In this document: positions 31,702 to 44,647 of the stretch, in pieces | Layout of the letters: each line of letters opens with the position of its first letter | Numbering within the stretch: position 1 is the stretch's first letter | Sequence record: NC_054933.1 | Origin: Escherichia phage teqhad | Strand: one strand, 5' to 3' | Length of the DNA: 64,000 bases | Position numbers and translations under genes: made by a program | Notes under the pieces: generated by a model | Databases searched by the model: none | Told to the model about the DNA's origin: nothing | The model's input: the letters and a program-made list of their open reading frames with translations, nothing else

Positions 31702-31950
31702 TTACTTCAGTGTTACCACAAAGTGACGAACTGCTTTTCGTGCAGCAGAAGCCAGAGGCTTAGCATACTTAAGTTCATCTTTTTCCTGAAGCTCAGCGGC
31801 TAATGCAGTTTGAGCAGGATTTAGATGTTTGAAATAACGCAGGATTTCAAGAGCTTCGGCTTCAACATCAATAGATGCGCCATAGTTTTCGTGACCATTA
31901 TTCCATGCGTTTCGTTGCAGTTCAAGAGCGTGTTGTAATTGTTTAATCAT
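31702..31950 (-). CDS. rIII: lysis inhibition accessory protein rIII
   Basis: 82 aa, MIKQLQHALELQRNAWNNGHENYG... Confidence 0.9.
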   Translation of the reverse strand: MIKQLQHALELQRNAWNNGHENYGASIDVEAEALEILRYFKHLNPAQTALAAELQEKDELKYAKPLASAARKAVRHFVVTLK

Positions 31951-32097
31951 TTAAAAATTCTCGTTAGAGATTAAAACTCGGTAGTCACGTTCTTCTGAAT
32001 TTCATCTTCTTTCGACAGATCTCTCAGTTGTAGACTACCACATAGAATTGTTCGGTTAACTTATTATTCCGACACCCAATTCATATTATTATTTATA

Positions 32098-32433
32098 TCA
32101 CTTATAAAGACACGGAATAGCTTTATAATGACAGGTAACGAATTTTTGTTTAATTTCTTTTGGCTGCTTAAGACCCAGAGCTACAAAAGGATGCGGAACG
32201 TTTCGAATTTGACCAACTGGAAGAGAAGTCAAATCACCAACTTCACAAAAACCTTCAGGAACATCAGGACCGACAGAGTGAATTACACACAGTTCAGGAA
32301 CTTCACCTTGGACACGTTTACCGATAATAAGTCCTGATTCTGTAACTTCTTCATCACCGGCTTGTGCAGGTTCAGAAACTAAAATAACATATTCACCGAC
32401 AGCACGAATTGGTAGCTGTTGTACTTCAGACAT
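32098..32433 (-). CDS. 31: co-chaperonin gp31 (GroES analogue for capsid folding)
   Basis: 111 aa, [18 protein letters not shown]... Confidence 0.92.
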   Translation of the reverse strand: MSEVQQLPIRAVGEYVILVSEPAQAGDEEVTESGLIIGKRVQGEVPELCVIHSVGPDVPEGFCEVGDLTSLPVGQIRNVPHPFVALGLKQPKEIKQKFVTCHYKAIPCLYK

Positions 32434-32489
32434 CGTTTTTCCTTTTTGTTAACAGATGAATTAATAATAACAAATAATTCTTAAAGCAT

Positions 32490-32798
32490 TTATTTACCAA
32501 TAAATTGGAGTAAATGCTCAACTTTCATACCATTAACAGAAATCAATTTGTCAATAGAAAAACCTCGCCATGCACCAAGTTCAACATCAAATACTGGAAT
32601 CATGTCAGTAGATTCTTTCCGAGTAGATTCAGTCAATTTGCCAGTTTGCATGGTTGGCATAAAGTCTGCATCACGAGTACCTTTCATAGTACGAATAGTA
32701 CCATCAGACTTTTCAAAAACTACGTTTGAAACACCCATGGACAATTTAGTTTTCAAAATTTCGCGAATTGCTACTTTCTGCTCAGTTGTCAGTTTCAT
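32490..32798 (-). CDS. 31.1: hypothetical protein (31.1 position)
   Basis: 102 aa. Confidence 0.6.
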   Translation of the reverse strand: MKLTTEQKVAIREILKTKLSMGVSNVVFEKSDGTIRTMKGTRDADFMPTMQTGKLTESTRKESTDMIPVFDVELGAWRGFSIDKLISVNGMKVEHLLQFIGK

Positions 32799-33035
32799 TT
32801 ATTTACCTATCACAGTTTTAATATGAGTTGTTCCACGTTCTTTAAGGGTGGAAAGTAATTTTTGGCATTTTTCTAAATCAGATTTCCAACTATATGGTCT
32901 ATCAATACTAGTCCAATCAGTTTTATAATACTGTTTCCATTTAGAGAAAAAATATTTCTTATACTCTACAGCAAATGAGATGTTCTCGTTAGAATAAGAA
33001 CTAATTGCTGTGAGCTTTACCAAACGAAATTTCAT
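32799..33035 (-). CDS. 31.2: hypothetical protein (31.2 position)
   Basis: 78 aa. Confidence 0.55.
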   Translation of the reverse strand: MKFRLVKLTAISSYSNENISFAVEYKKYFFSKWKQYYKTDWTSIDRPYSWKSDLEKCQKLLSTLKERGTTHIKTVIGK

Positions 33036-33616
33036 TATTCACCACAGAATTCGTTGATATTTTCCCAGTTTAACTTATTCAAGTTTTTCTTAGGAACATT
33101 AAACACTTCAATACCTGCATTTCGCAGAATATCATCCCAGCCAGGTTTATTTTTATCGTATGTTTCGCAATAAACCAGCTTTTTAATACCAGATTGAGCT
33201 ATCGCTTTTGCACAATCTGGACAAGGAGAAAGTGTTACATACATAGTAGCACCTTCAATAGAAGAACCATTTCGTGCAGCAAACAAAATTGCATTTAGTT
33301 CAGCATGAATTTCATTTTTAGACGACCATTCAGAGTGAGCGCTACGGTGTTCTTTCGCCAAGACAAAGCGATCAGTTGAACCAAATGATACGCATTCAGG
33401 CTTATGGCCTTGGATGATAGTATGTTTAGGTTTATTCAGCAACCAACCTTGCTCAGCGGCATAATCACAACAGTTCACACCTCCTGCGGGTGAACCATTA
33501 TACCCAGTAGAAATAATACGTCCATTCTTTTCAATTACTGCTCCTACCTTCCAGGAGCAACATTTTGATTCTTGTGATACTAAATATGCAATTTGAAGTA
33601 CTGTACTCGCTTTCAT
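33035..33616 (-). CDS. cd: dCMP deaminase
   Basis: 193 aa; zinc-binding deaminase motifs (HAELNAI, SPCPDC). Confidence 0.92.
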   Translation of the reverse strand: MKASTVLQIAYLVSQESKCCSWKVGAVIEKNGRIISTGYNGSPAGGVNCCDYAAEQGWLLNKPKHTIIQGHKPECVSFGSTDRFVLAKEHRSAHSEWSSKNEIHAELNAILFAARNGSSIEGATMYVTLSPCPDCAKAIAQSGIKKLVYCETYDKNKPGWDDILRNAGIEVFNVPKKNLNKLNWENINEFCGE

Positions 33617-33951
33617 TTCATAATCACCAGATAAGCAGATTTAGCAGTTTCAACACGATAAATTTCATGACGAAGTTTAGTTATACTTTTAATAACAGAA
33701 CTAATTATATTCTGTCCGTCTTTAAAGCGGTTTTTCTTATCAATAAAAATTGCGCCAACCATCTTTTTGTGAAGCTCAACTGGATACTTCGTCACAATAA
33801 TAGCATCATATACAGAAGGATGAATACTATTTACTAGAGTGTCATTCATTAAAGTTATTCTAATGAACTGTGCTGTTTCAGAGTCAAGCGCTCTATGATC
33901 GCCAGTATCATTTTCAAGACAATTATCAATTATATCAGTTAAATTCATCAT
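33613..33951 (-). CDS. hypothetical protein (cd.x cluster)
   Basis: 112 aa. Confidence 0.55.
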   Translation of the reverse strand: MMNLTDIIDNCLENDTGDHRALDSETAQFIRITLMNDTLVNSIHPSVYDAIIVTKYPVELHKKMVGAIFIDKKNRFKDGQNIISSVIKSITKLRHEIYRVETAKSAYLVIMK

Positions 33952-34184
33952 AGTACGCCATACACCCTTTGTGCTTCAACTAATCCATCAAAATCCAATT
34001 TAAGATGTGTTATTTGATCACCATCACCTGGATTCACAATTACTAATACTGAACGAGGAGTTTCGGTAATAACACGAACCGATGTTTCAGGAAATCGTTC
34101 AGAAACCTTATTTACCAATTCCTGTGCAAATAGCTTAACTTTTTCTTGGAATTCTTTAACAGTAATCGGTTTTTCACTTAGCAT
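33948..34184 (-). CDS. hypothetical protein (cd.x cluster)
   Basis: 78 aa. Confidence 0.55.
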   Translation of the reverse strand: MLSEKPITVKEFQEKVKLFAQELVNKVSERFPETSVRVITETPRSVLVIVNPGDGDQITHLKLDFDGLVEAQRVYGVL

Positions 34185-34720
34185 GTTGATCCCAGCTCCT
34201 TACTTTCAACGTTTTTAACTAATTTGACAGAAACTAATTCAGCATCTTGAGTAATCATTACCGGGCCTTCTTCATACTCTTCAAGATATTCTAGAGCTTT
34301 CTTTTTAGCTTCTTCCTTCGTATCAGTTTGAGCATAGATATAAAACATACAACCAGTAATACCTACTACTTTCCATTTAATTTCTTTATCAGTTTTAATT
34401 TCAAATTTACTGACAGAATCATCTTTTTGAACTTCTTCGAAAAAATAATATTCTGACATATAAGTAATTGAAAATAATGGGCTATCTTTATAGCATTCAC
34501 CCATTACATCAACAGCTTTATACCAGTAATCGTCAATTTCACGTTTAATGCTAATAACATTTTTCGCGGGATCAATTTTTACTTTAAATGAATTTTCCCC
34601 AATAAACTGAGCAATTCGTTTATTAGCCCCGCAAGTTTCATTAAAAATATCTTTATATCCAGCTTTAAAGCGATAAACCTTATCTTCTTCAAACCATTCG
34701 CTCATTTTCAATTTCCTCAT
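34178..34720 (-). CDS. hypothetical protein (cd.x cluster)
   Basis: 180 aa. Confidence 0.6.
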   Translation of the reverse strand: MRKLKMSEWFEEDKVYRFKAGYKDIFNETCGANKRIAQFIGENSFKVKIDPAKNVISIKREIDDYWYKAVDVMGECYKDSPLFSITYMSEYYFFEEVQKDDSVSKFEIKTDKEIKWKVVGITGCMFYIYAQTDTKEEAKKKALEYLEEYEEGPVMITQDAELVSVKLVKNVESKELGSTC

Positions 34721-34767
34721 TTGTTTGATAGAGCCATAATATCACAACTCTACTGTAAAGTAAACTA

Positions 34768-35043
34768 TTAAATCGCTTTGAATTCCGCAGTTTGAGATTC
34801 AAAGCGAATGTCGCCTTTGATAACTAACTCAGCATCAAGACCGAATACGACAATGATATGCGCGGAACCTGGATACAGCGTAATGGCAACAGAATCCACC
34901 TGGTCTGGAAGCAAAGTGTTTAATACATGAGTCACTTGAGCATGGATTCGAAGTTCGGCTGCGTTATCAAGCTTTTCAAACATATTATTAGCGATAATTT
35001 GACTAAACACTACTTCTACGATTTTAGAATAAGTCGGAAACAT
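34768..35043 (-). CDS. hypothetical protein (cd.x cluster)
   Basis: 91 aa. Confidence 0.55.
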   Translation of the reverse strand: MFPTYSKIVEVVFSQIIANNMFEKLDNAAELRIHAQVTHVLNTLLPDQVDSVAITLYPGSAHIIVVFGLDAELVIKGDIRFESQTAEFKAI

Positions 35044-35045
35044 AT

Positions 35046-35246
35046 TTACCTCACATAATTTTCTTCAAGCCAATCAATAACATCCAAAGCGTTATCAAAA
35101 GTTGAACCATCTACTTTGTCTTCTGTTTCATAATCAAGAACATCTAAGCCTACTCTTCCGTCAACAATAGGCCATAAACAAAATAGATATTTCTTTTCTT
35201 TTTCAATTTTATCACAAAGACGATAAATCTTTTCTATGTTATTCAT
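35046..35246 (-). CDS. hypothetical protein (cd.x cluster)
   Basis: 66 aa. Confidence 0.5.
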   Translation of the reverse strand: MNNIEKIYRLCDKIEKEKKYLFCLWPIVDGRVGLDVLDYETEDKVDGSTFDNALDVIDWLEENYVR

Positions 35247-35435
35247 AAGTTTTCCATGGTAAAGGCAGTTTAGTTTTCTTTACTGTTAGTTCAACATCAG
35301 GATTCTTTTCTCTCAATTTAAGACATTCCTCCCAAGCTCTGATTTCACTAGTGAATACACAAAATTGCCCATTACTAGTACCGACTAAACCACTATTTAC
35401 AATAATAATAGCCCAAGTTTCATGATGCCACGCCA

Positions 35436-35436
<1 letters not shown>
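35239..35436 (-). CDS. hypothetical protein immediately downstream of pseT
   Basis: 65 aa. Confidence 0.5.
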
Positions 35437-36639
<1,203 letters not shown>

Positions 36640-36643
<4 letters not shown>

Positions 36644-36870
36644 TTATTTTTCTCAACCAATGATTGAATATAATCATGCAGGTCTTTAGATGCTTTACCC
36701 CACTTATTTTGGTATTCATTTTTAAGATTAGCACGTGATTGAGCTAATAAAACATCATTAGTTGGAGGTAAAGATTCTAATCGTTGAATCTGACGTCCAT
36801 AAATCATTGCTGCCATCTCTGATTCATAAATCAATCCTTTGAGATGTTCAAATTGATGCCATGAAATCAT
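36640..36870 (-). CDS. hypothetical protein (pseT.x)
   Basis: 76 aa. Confidence 0.55.
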
Positions 36871-37166
36871 TTACATTTATCCTCTTTTAACTCTTGACGA
36901 TAATAACATATCATAGTTTTCTGGTCATGTACATATCGTTTTACATCATTAAGCCAAATACGAAATTCCTGAGAATCTTCAAATGGCATACCGACCCAAG
37001 CTTTACCATCGATAACTTTAACTTGCCAAGATAGTTTAGCTTCGTCATATGACTTTATTTGCACAGGCCAATTAGGATGAACTGTTTCTTTCTTTACTTC
37101 TAGAGGCTTTGTCGAACAACCAACTAGAAGACCAATAGATAATATTACTGCTGATAGTTTAATCAT
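36867..37166 (-). CDS. outer-membrane lipoprotein, probable o-spanin
   Basis: 99 aa; signal peptide with lipobox LLVGC; follows a TM plus coiled-coil partner. Confidence 0.7.
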   Translation of the reverse strand: MIKLSAVILSIGLLVGCSTKPLEVKKETVHPNWPVQIKSYDEAKLSWQVKVIDGKAWVGMPFEDSQEFRIWLNDVKRYVHDQKTMICYYRQELKEDKCK

Positions 37167-37516
37167 TTAGAAAGGTCCTGGATGTCTTCTGCGAACTTGT
37201 TGAAGGAGTTGTTGATTTGTTTTTCAACCAATCCTGGCTTATGAGCCACCACATCCGCCTTCTTTGCGTCTTTGCGCAGCTTTTCATTTTCACGCTCAAT
37301 TGCAGCAATTGATTCACGATTTTTATTATTCATTGCATCAATATAATTATATTGATTTTTTAAATCATTTAATGCTAAGGCGTTTTCATTGGCCGTTTTT
37401 GTAATTTCTACAACAGACGTTTCTAATCTTTCAATTTTATTTTTTAAAATTAAAGAAGTTCCGCCCAATGCAATTACAATTAATAACAAGCCTGCTGTCG
37501 TATTACTTAATTGCAT
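37163..37516 (-). CDS. N-terminal TM plus coiled-coil protein, probable i-spanin
   Basis: 117 aa; hydrophobic helix GLLLIVIALGGTSLIL followed by charged helical region. Confidence 0.7.
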   Translation of the reverse strand: MQLSNTTAGLLLIVIALGGTSLILKNKIERLETSVVEITKTANENALALNDLKNQYNYIDAMNNKNRESIAAIERENEKLRKDAKKADVVAHKPGLVEKQINNSFNKFAEDIQDLSK

Positions 37517-38013
37517 AAAGTTTTAATAACCTCTATAATATCGTCTTGAGAAAGACCGTTAATTAAAATATGATGTTCCGCCGGAGATTTAGAAATTTTA
37601 AAGCATGCCGCAACATCTTCTGCCATATCTGATGCGCTACGATTTGGATTACTAATTCCAAGACGATGTTTTCCCGTTAAAGGATTAACGATAATATAGC
37701 ATTTACAGCTATTGATATGAACATTAGGTTGAGTCTGATTAATGAACACTTCACAATCATACTTAGCGAGTTGATTTTCTAAAAAGACTTTCATCTCCTC
37801 AACCGCATCAGGAAGCATATCACGGGCTTGCTCAAGACGACGATTTCGATATTCTTTAATGGTCGTTTTCCGCTTGACTTGCTTAGCTAAATCTTTCTTA
37901 AGATCGGTGATATATCCAACTCGACGATTTCCTTTGAATACAGAAATCCCATCTGTAGTATCACCGTATGCTTCAACGACCATTTCAGTAGTAATAAGCT
38001 GTAAATCCATCAT
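37507..38013 (-). CDS. alc: Alc, inhibitor of host transcription on cytosine-containing DNA
   Basis: 168 aa, MMDLQLITTEMVVEAYGDTTDG... Confidence 0.88.
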   Translation of the reverse strand: MMDLQLITTEMVVEAYGDTTDGISVFKGNRRVGYITDLKKDLAKQVKRKTTIKEYRNRRLEQARDMLPDAVEEMKVFLENQLAKYDCEVFINQTQPNVHINSCKCYIIVNPLTGKHRLGISNPNRSASDMAEDVAACFKISKSPAEHHILINGLSQDDIIEVIKTLCN

Positions 38014-38017
38014 AAAG

Positions 38018-38071
38018 TCCTCATGTTATGTCAGTAAGACTACTGTAACACAACATGAGGGACTTGTAAAC
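38018..38071 (-). repeat. 54-bp early promoter/leader repeat, copy B
   Basis: About 92 percent identical to 22204-22257. Confidence 0.7.
38042..38071 (-). promoter_or_regulatory. early promoter for alc
   Basis: Minus strand GTTTACA, 18 nt, TACAGT; near-identical copy of 22204-22257. Confidence 0.55.
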
Positions 38072-38074
38072 AGC

Positions 38075-39662
<1,588 letters not shown>

Positions 39663-39670
39663 AATAAAAT

Positions 39671-39684
39671 GGGCCTTGCGGCCC
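39671..39684 (-). terminator. stem-loop between nrdB stop and denA start
   Basis: GGGCC-TTGC-GGCCC; lies between an AGGAG and the denA ATG. Confidence 0.55.
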
Positions 39685-39689
39685 ACTCC

Positions 39690-40868
39690 TTAAAAATATT
39701 TTTTAAAACTCATCATAACTTTATCATCAACATCATTATCAATCTGTGCAACAAGATAAGATGACAGTTCTACTTCTTGTGGCGCGGATTGAACATTATC
39801 AGAATTAAGATATTCACGAATCCAAGGATATGGATGTTTAACCGGAGCATCGGTAATTGGGCATGGAAGACCACACTGTTTCATACGAGATACAGTTAAG
39901 TAATCAATAAAGCTCCACATGCTATTTGTATTTAATCCAGGAACATCGCCATCTTTAAATAAATGAACTGCCCAATCTTTTTCTTGGCGGTTAACTTCCA
40001 TGAAAATATCAACTGCTTCTTGTTCACACTCTTGAGCAATTTTAACCCATTCATCGCCATCAGTACCAGATTGAAGTTGACGAATAATATATTGTGTACC
40101 TTTAAGATGAAGCTGCTCATCACGTGCAATGAACTTCATAATCTTTGCATTGCCTTCCATAATTTCCATGTTCTTATGGAAGTTAAAGGTACATGCGAAA
40201 GATACATAAAAACGAATAGCTTCCAATGCGTTGATTACATGCAAACAGAGGTAAAGAGATTTCATTAGCTCACGCTTCCAATATGTCTCATGCTCAATAG
40301 CATCTTCAATAACATCTTCGTCTGCATTAATTTCTTTTTGGTATTCGATATCAGCTTTAGCGTTTTCCCAATAACGAGTTTTAGTCAGAACATCATCATA
40401 ATAACGTCCAATGGATTCAGCACGTTTCATAATAGCTTCATCTAATACAATCTCATCAAATACCTTCGATGGATCAGTATAAAGATTTCGCATGATATGT
40501 GTATATGAACGAGAGTGAATAGTTTCACTAAAAGTCCACGTAGCAACCCATGTATCAAGGCTTGGGTCTGAAATTAATGACATAAGTACAGCAGACGGCG
40601 CACGACCCTGAATGCTATCCAAAAGTGATTGATACTTCAGATTATTAGTAAAAATATTTTGCTGATACTGAGGAAGCTTATTAAACTGTGCAGCATCCAT
40701 CATTAAGTTTACTTCTTCAGGACGCCAGAAAAATGATAATTGCTTTTCGGTTAAATCTTCAAAAACTTTATGGCGTTGAATATCATAACGCGCAATACCA
40801 AGACCTGAACCAAAAAACATAGGTTCTTTTAAAACATCAACTGGATTTGTATTAAAAACTGTGCTCAT
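39690..40868 (-). CDS. nrdB: ribonucleotide reductase small subunit, uninterrupted
   Basis: 392 aa continuous ORF, no intron. Confidence 0.92.
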   Translation of the reverse strand: MSTVFNTNPVDVLKEPMFFGSGLGIARYDIQRHKVFEDLTEKQLSFFWRPEEVNLMMDAAQFNKLPQYQQNIFTNNLKYQSLLDSIQGRAPSAVLMSLISDPSLDTWVATWTFSETIHSRSYTHIMRNLYTDPSKVFDEIVLDEAIMKRAESIGRYYDDVLTKTRYWENAKADIEYQKEINADEDVIEDAIEHETYWKRELMKSLYLCLHVINALEAIRFYVSFACTFNFHKNMEIMEGNAKIMKFIARDEQLHLKGTQYIIRQLQSGTDGDEWVKIAQECEQEAVDIFMEVNRQEKDWAVHLFKDGDVPGLNTNSMWSFIDYLTVSRMKQCGLPCPITDAPVKHPYPWIREYLNSDNVQSAPQEVELSSYLVAQIDNDVDDKVMMSFKKYF

Positions 40869-40919
40869 AAATTTTCCGCTTAGTTAATAGTTGGTGACTC
40901 GTCCGTGAGTCAAATTATA

Positions 40920-43184
40920 TCATAATTTACAGGATGAACAATCTTCAGCTTTTGGAGTTTCTATTTCATAATCATCAGTACCAGAACCATCACGGGTATT
41001 ATGATAATAGAAATTTTTTCCGCCAAAATACCAAAAATACAAAAGGTCATCAATCATTATTGACATTGGAACCTTTCCTTTTGGAAAAATCTGTGGGTCA
41101 TAATATGTATTCGCTGAAGCTGATTGACATACCCATTTCAGCATAATAGCTACCTGCGTAAGATAAGGTTTATTACCTTTCTTAGCTAATTTCCATGTAT
41201 AATCATAGAGGTCTATGTTATGCTCAATATTGGGCACGACTTGATTAAAGGAGCCCTCTTTTGATTCTTTAACAGAGACTGGTCCACGTGGAGGCTCGAT
41301 ACCGTTTGTACTGTTAGAAACTTGGGAAGATGACTCACATGGCATAAGTGCTGATAATGTGCTATTACGGATGCCAAAGAGCTTAAGGTCTTCCCGCAGC
41401 GACGACCAGTCACAAACGTATTTTGGAGCTGCGATTTGGTCAATCTTTTTATTGTACCAGTCGATAGGTAATTCGCCTCGAGACCAACGAGTGTCTGAAT
41501 AATATTCACAAGGTCCTTTTTCTTTGGCGAGCTTAATGGATGCTTTAATGAGTCCATACTGTAATCTCTCAAATAGTTCATGTGTTAAATCGTTAGCATC
41601 TTCATAAGAAGCAAAGTTACTTGCCAGCCAAGCTGCATAGTTAGTAACACCTACACCAAGGTTTCGACGCTTTTTAGCTTTTTCTGCTTCAGGAACTGGA
41701 TATCCTTGGTAATCCAAAAGATTATCAAGAGCACGAACTTGAACTTCTGCTAATTCATTAATTTTATCTTGGTCTTGCCAATCGAAGTTATCCAGCACAA
41801 ATGCAGATAACGTGCACAATCCAATTTCAGCATCAGGGCTATTCACATCATTTGTTGGAATAGCAATTTCACAGCACAAGTTACTCTGACGAATAGGTGC
41901 CTTTTCACGAATAAACGGAGTATAGTTATTCGTATTATCAATGAACTGCACATAAATCCTTGCTGTTCCTGAGCGTTCAGTCATGAGCAATTCAAATAGT
42001 TCACGGGCTTTAATGCGCTTTTTACGAATATTAGGGTCTTTTTCTGCTGCTTCGTATAATTCACGGAAACGGTCTTGGTCTTTAAAATAAGAATAATAAA
42101 GCTCTCCACCCATTTCATGTGGACTGAACAAAGTAATGTAATCGTTCTTTCCAAAACGTTCCATCATTAGATCATTCAGTTGAACACCATAATCCATATG
42201 ACGAATGCGGTTTTCTTCTACACCTTTGTTATTTTTCAAAACGAGAAGATTTTCAACTTCCAAATGCCAAATAGGATAATAAGCAGTAGCAGCGCCGCCA
42301 CGAATTCCACCCTGTGAGCATGATTTAACAGCAGTCTGAAAATGTTTCCAAAAAGGAATAACACCGGTATGGCGTACTTCACCCATGCCAATCTTAGAAC
42401 CTTCAGCACGAATCATACCAACGTTAATACCAATTCCAGCGCGTTTAGAGATATATTCAACAATTGAAGCGGAAGCCTTATTGATAGACTTTAATGAATC
42501 ACCTGCCTCAATAACAACACATGAACTAAACTGTCGAGTCGGAGTACGGCAACCAGCCATAATAGGAGTTGGCAATGAAATCTGTCGAGTAGATACTGCT
42601 TCATAAAAACGGATAACGTGTTTTAATCTATCAACAGGTTCATCTTGATGCAATGCCATTCCAATAGTCATAAATGCAAACTGTGGAGTTTCATAAATTT
42701 GACCAGTGGTTTTATCTTTAACTAGATATTTTTCTTTTAATTGCATCGCCCCGGAATAAGTAAATTCCATATCCCGCTCGTGCTTAATTTTTGATTCTAA
42801 AAATGTAATTTCTTCTGCTGAATATTTTGACAATAATTCAGGGTCGTATTTACCTTCATTTACACAGTAAGAAATATGGTCAATAAATGAACGTGGTTCA
42901 TACTGCCCATAAACATGCTTACGAAGAGCGAACATTAGACAACGTGCAGCTACATATTGATAATCAGGCTCTTCAACCGAAATAGAATTCGCAGCGGCCT
43001 TAATGACAATAGTCTGAATATCATCAGTTGTCATTCCATCACGGAGATAAGATTTAATATTTTCATATAATTCATAAGGATCTACCGATGTTCCTTCAGC
43101 TGCCCAAGATAAAACTTTAATAATTTTTTGTGGGTCAAAGCTCTGAGAAACACCACTACTTTTGATAACATTAATTAATTGCAT
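40920..43184 (-). CDS. nrdA: ribonucleotide reductase large subunit
   Basis: 754 aa. Confidence 0.93.
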   Translation of the reverse strand: MQLINVIKSSGVSQSFDPQKIIKVLSWAAEGTSVDPYELYENIKSYLRDGMTTDDIQTIVIKAAANSISVEEPDYQYVAARCLMFALRKHVYGQYEPRSFIDHISYCVNEGKYDPELLSKYSAEEITFLESKIKHERDMEFTYSGAMQLKEKYLVKDKTTGQIYETPQFAFMTIGMALHQDEPVDRLKHVIRFYEAVSTRQISLPTPIMAGCRTPTRQFSSCVVIEAGDSLKSINKASASIVEYISKRAGIGINVGMIRAEGSKIGMGEVRHTGVIPFWKHFQTAVKSCSQGGIRGGAATAYYPIWHLEVENLLVLKNNKGVEENRIRHMDYGVQLNDLMMERFGKNDYITLFSPHEMGGELYYSYFKDQDRFRELYEAAEKDPNIRKKRIKARELFELLMTERSGTARIYVQFIDNTNNYTPFIREKAPIRQSNLCCEIAIPTNDVNSPDAEIGLCTLSAFVLDNFDWQDQDKINELAEVQVRALDNLLDYQGYPVPEAEKAKKRRNLGVGVTNYAAWLASNFASYEDANDLTHELFERLQYGLIKASIKLAKEKGPCEYYSDTRWSRGELPIDWYNKKIDQIAAPKYVCDWSSLREDLKLFGIRNSTLSALMPCESSSQVSNSTNGIEPPRGPVSVKESKEGSFNQVVPNIEHNIDLYDYTWKLAKKGNKPYLTQVAIMLKWVCQSASANTYYDPQIFPKGKVPMSIMIDDLLYFWYFGGKNFYYHNTRDGSGTDDYEIETPKAEDCSSCKL

Positions 43185-43501
43185 AAGTCCTCAACTTGAA
43201 AATCGTCTTTAAACAATCGGTTAACTATATGAGCTATTATATCACCATGACACGGCTTTGGTTTACATGTGCATCCTAGCCTCATTCCACGTAAAGGCTC
43301 TAAATGTGCTTTAGTTATTTCTCCGGATTTAATTCGACGTATAAAATCTTTTTTGAATAATTCAATGGCAGCCTCCCGGCTGCCAGCATCTTTACCGACG
43401 TAATTTCCCCAAAATGTACCGCGGTGAATATTAACATCAAAGTCGGATTTGTATTTATTCACTACCCGGCATAGACGGCCCGGTTGGTAATAATTCTTCA
43501 T
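43175..43501 (-). CDS. hypothetical protein (nrdA.1 position)
   Basis: 108 aa with CTCKP..CHGD cysteine/histidine pattern. Confidence 0.6.
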   Translation of the reverse strand: MKNYYQPGRLCRVVNKYKSDFDVNIHRGTFWGNYVGKDAGSREAAIELFKKDFIRRIKSGEITKAHLEPLRGMRLGCTCKPKPCHGDIIAHIVNRLFKDDFQVEDLCN

Positions 43502-43730
43502 ATTGTTTTTCCGTTAAAACAGTAATATCGTAGTAACAGTCAGAAGAAGTTTTAACTGTGGAAATTTTATTGTCAAAATACTCACGAGTCATTTTATGAG
43601 TATAGTATTTTTTACCATAAATGGTAATAGGCTGTTCTGGTCCTGGAACTTCTAACTCGCTTGGATTAGGAAGTGTAAAAAGAACGACACCAGAAGTATC
43701 TTTAAATCGTAAAATCATATATCCTCTCAA
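43455..43730 (-). CDS. hypothetical protein (nrdA.2 position)
   Basis: 91 aa. Confidence 0.55.
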   Translation of the reverse strand: MRGYMILRFKDTSGVVLFTLPNPSELEVPGPEQPITIYGKKYYTHKMTREYFDNKISTVKTSSDCYYDITVLTEKQYEELLPTGPSMPGSE

Positions 43731-43741
43731 TTAAATTAAAA

Positions 43742-44602
43742 TTATACCGCCATTTTTCCTTTAATTGGCAGATGAGATACATAGTTGTTAAGAACAAAAT
43801 TATGAGGCTTTGCAAATTGACTCAACCAAAATACCTGCGATTCTGTGTCCCATTCATCAAATTCATCTGGAAATTTTAATTGTAATTCGCATAAATCCAT
43901 AGGTTCACGACGCAAAATTTCTTTACATTGTTCTACGTGATTCATATAGATATGAGTATTACCACCAGAAAATATCAAATCTCCCGGAATAAGATTACAC
44001 ATCTTAGCTACAATATGAACTAACGTAGCATATGATGCAATATTAAATGGAAGACCGAGGAAAACATCTACCGAACGTTGATACCACTGCAAATCTAAAT
44101 AGCCATTACGCACATTAAACTGATAGAACATATGACAAGGAGGTAATGCCATATATTTAAGTTCAGCTGGATTCCACGCAGAAACGATTTGACGTCGATC
44201 AGTTGGTAATTTTTTAATACGATCAATAGTTTCAACTAATTGATCCACACCACCGAAATCACGCCATTGTTTACCATATATAGGACCAAGTTCACCACTA
44301 TGATATCCTAGGTCTTTAGCCTGGTTTTCATAGTTATCGTCCCAAACTGTTTTGCCTTGGATTAACGAATCGTGTTGAATTAATCGTAAATCATTAACAT
44401 TTGTGCTTCCTGATAAAAACCATATTAGCTCAGCAATGCATGCATTCCAGGCGAGCTTCTTAGTTGTTACTGCAGGAAAACCTTTGGTTAAATCCCAACG
44501 CAATTTAGTACCGAACAGAGCAATTGTTCCTGTGCCCGTTCGGTCATCGGTTTCATAGCCATTTTCAAAAATGTCTTTAATTAAATCTTGGTATTGTTTC
44601 AT
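43742..44602 (-). CDS. td: thymidylate synthase, uninterrupted
   Basis: 286 aa continuous ORF, no intron. Confidence 0.93.
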   Translation of the reverse strand: MKQYQDLIKDIFENGYETDDRTGTGTIALFGTKLRWDLTKGFPAVTTKKLAWNACIAELIWFLSGSTNVNDLRLIQHDSLIQGKTVWDDNYENQAKDLGYHSGELGPIYGKQWRDFGGVDQLVETIDRIKKLPTDRRQIVSAWNPAELKYMALPPCHMFYQFNVRNGYLDLQWYQRSVDVFLGLPFNIASYATLVHIVAKMCNLIPGDLIFSGGNTHIYMNHVEQCKEILRREPMDLCELQLKFPDEFDEWDTESQVFWLSQFAKPHNFVLNNYVSHLPIKGKMAV

Positions 44603-44647
44603 TTAGTACCTTATATAAATTATAATACATTTTATGAAGCTAAATAA

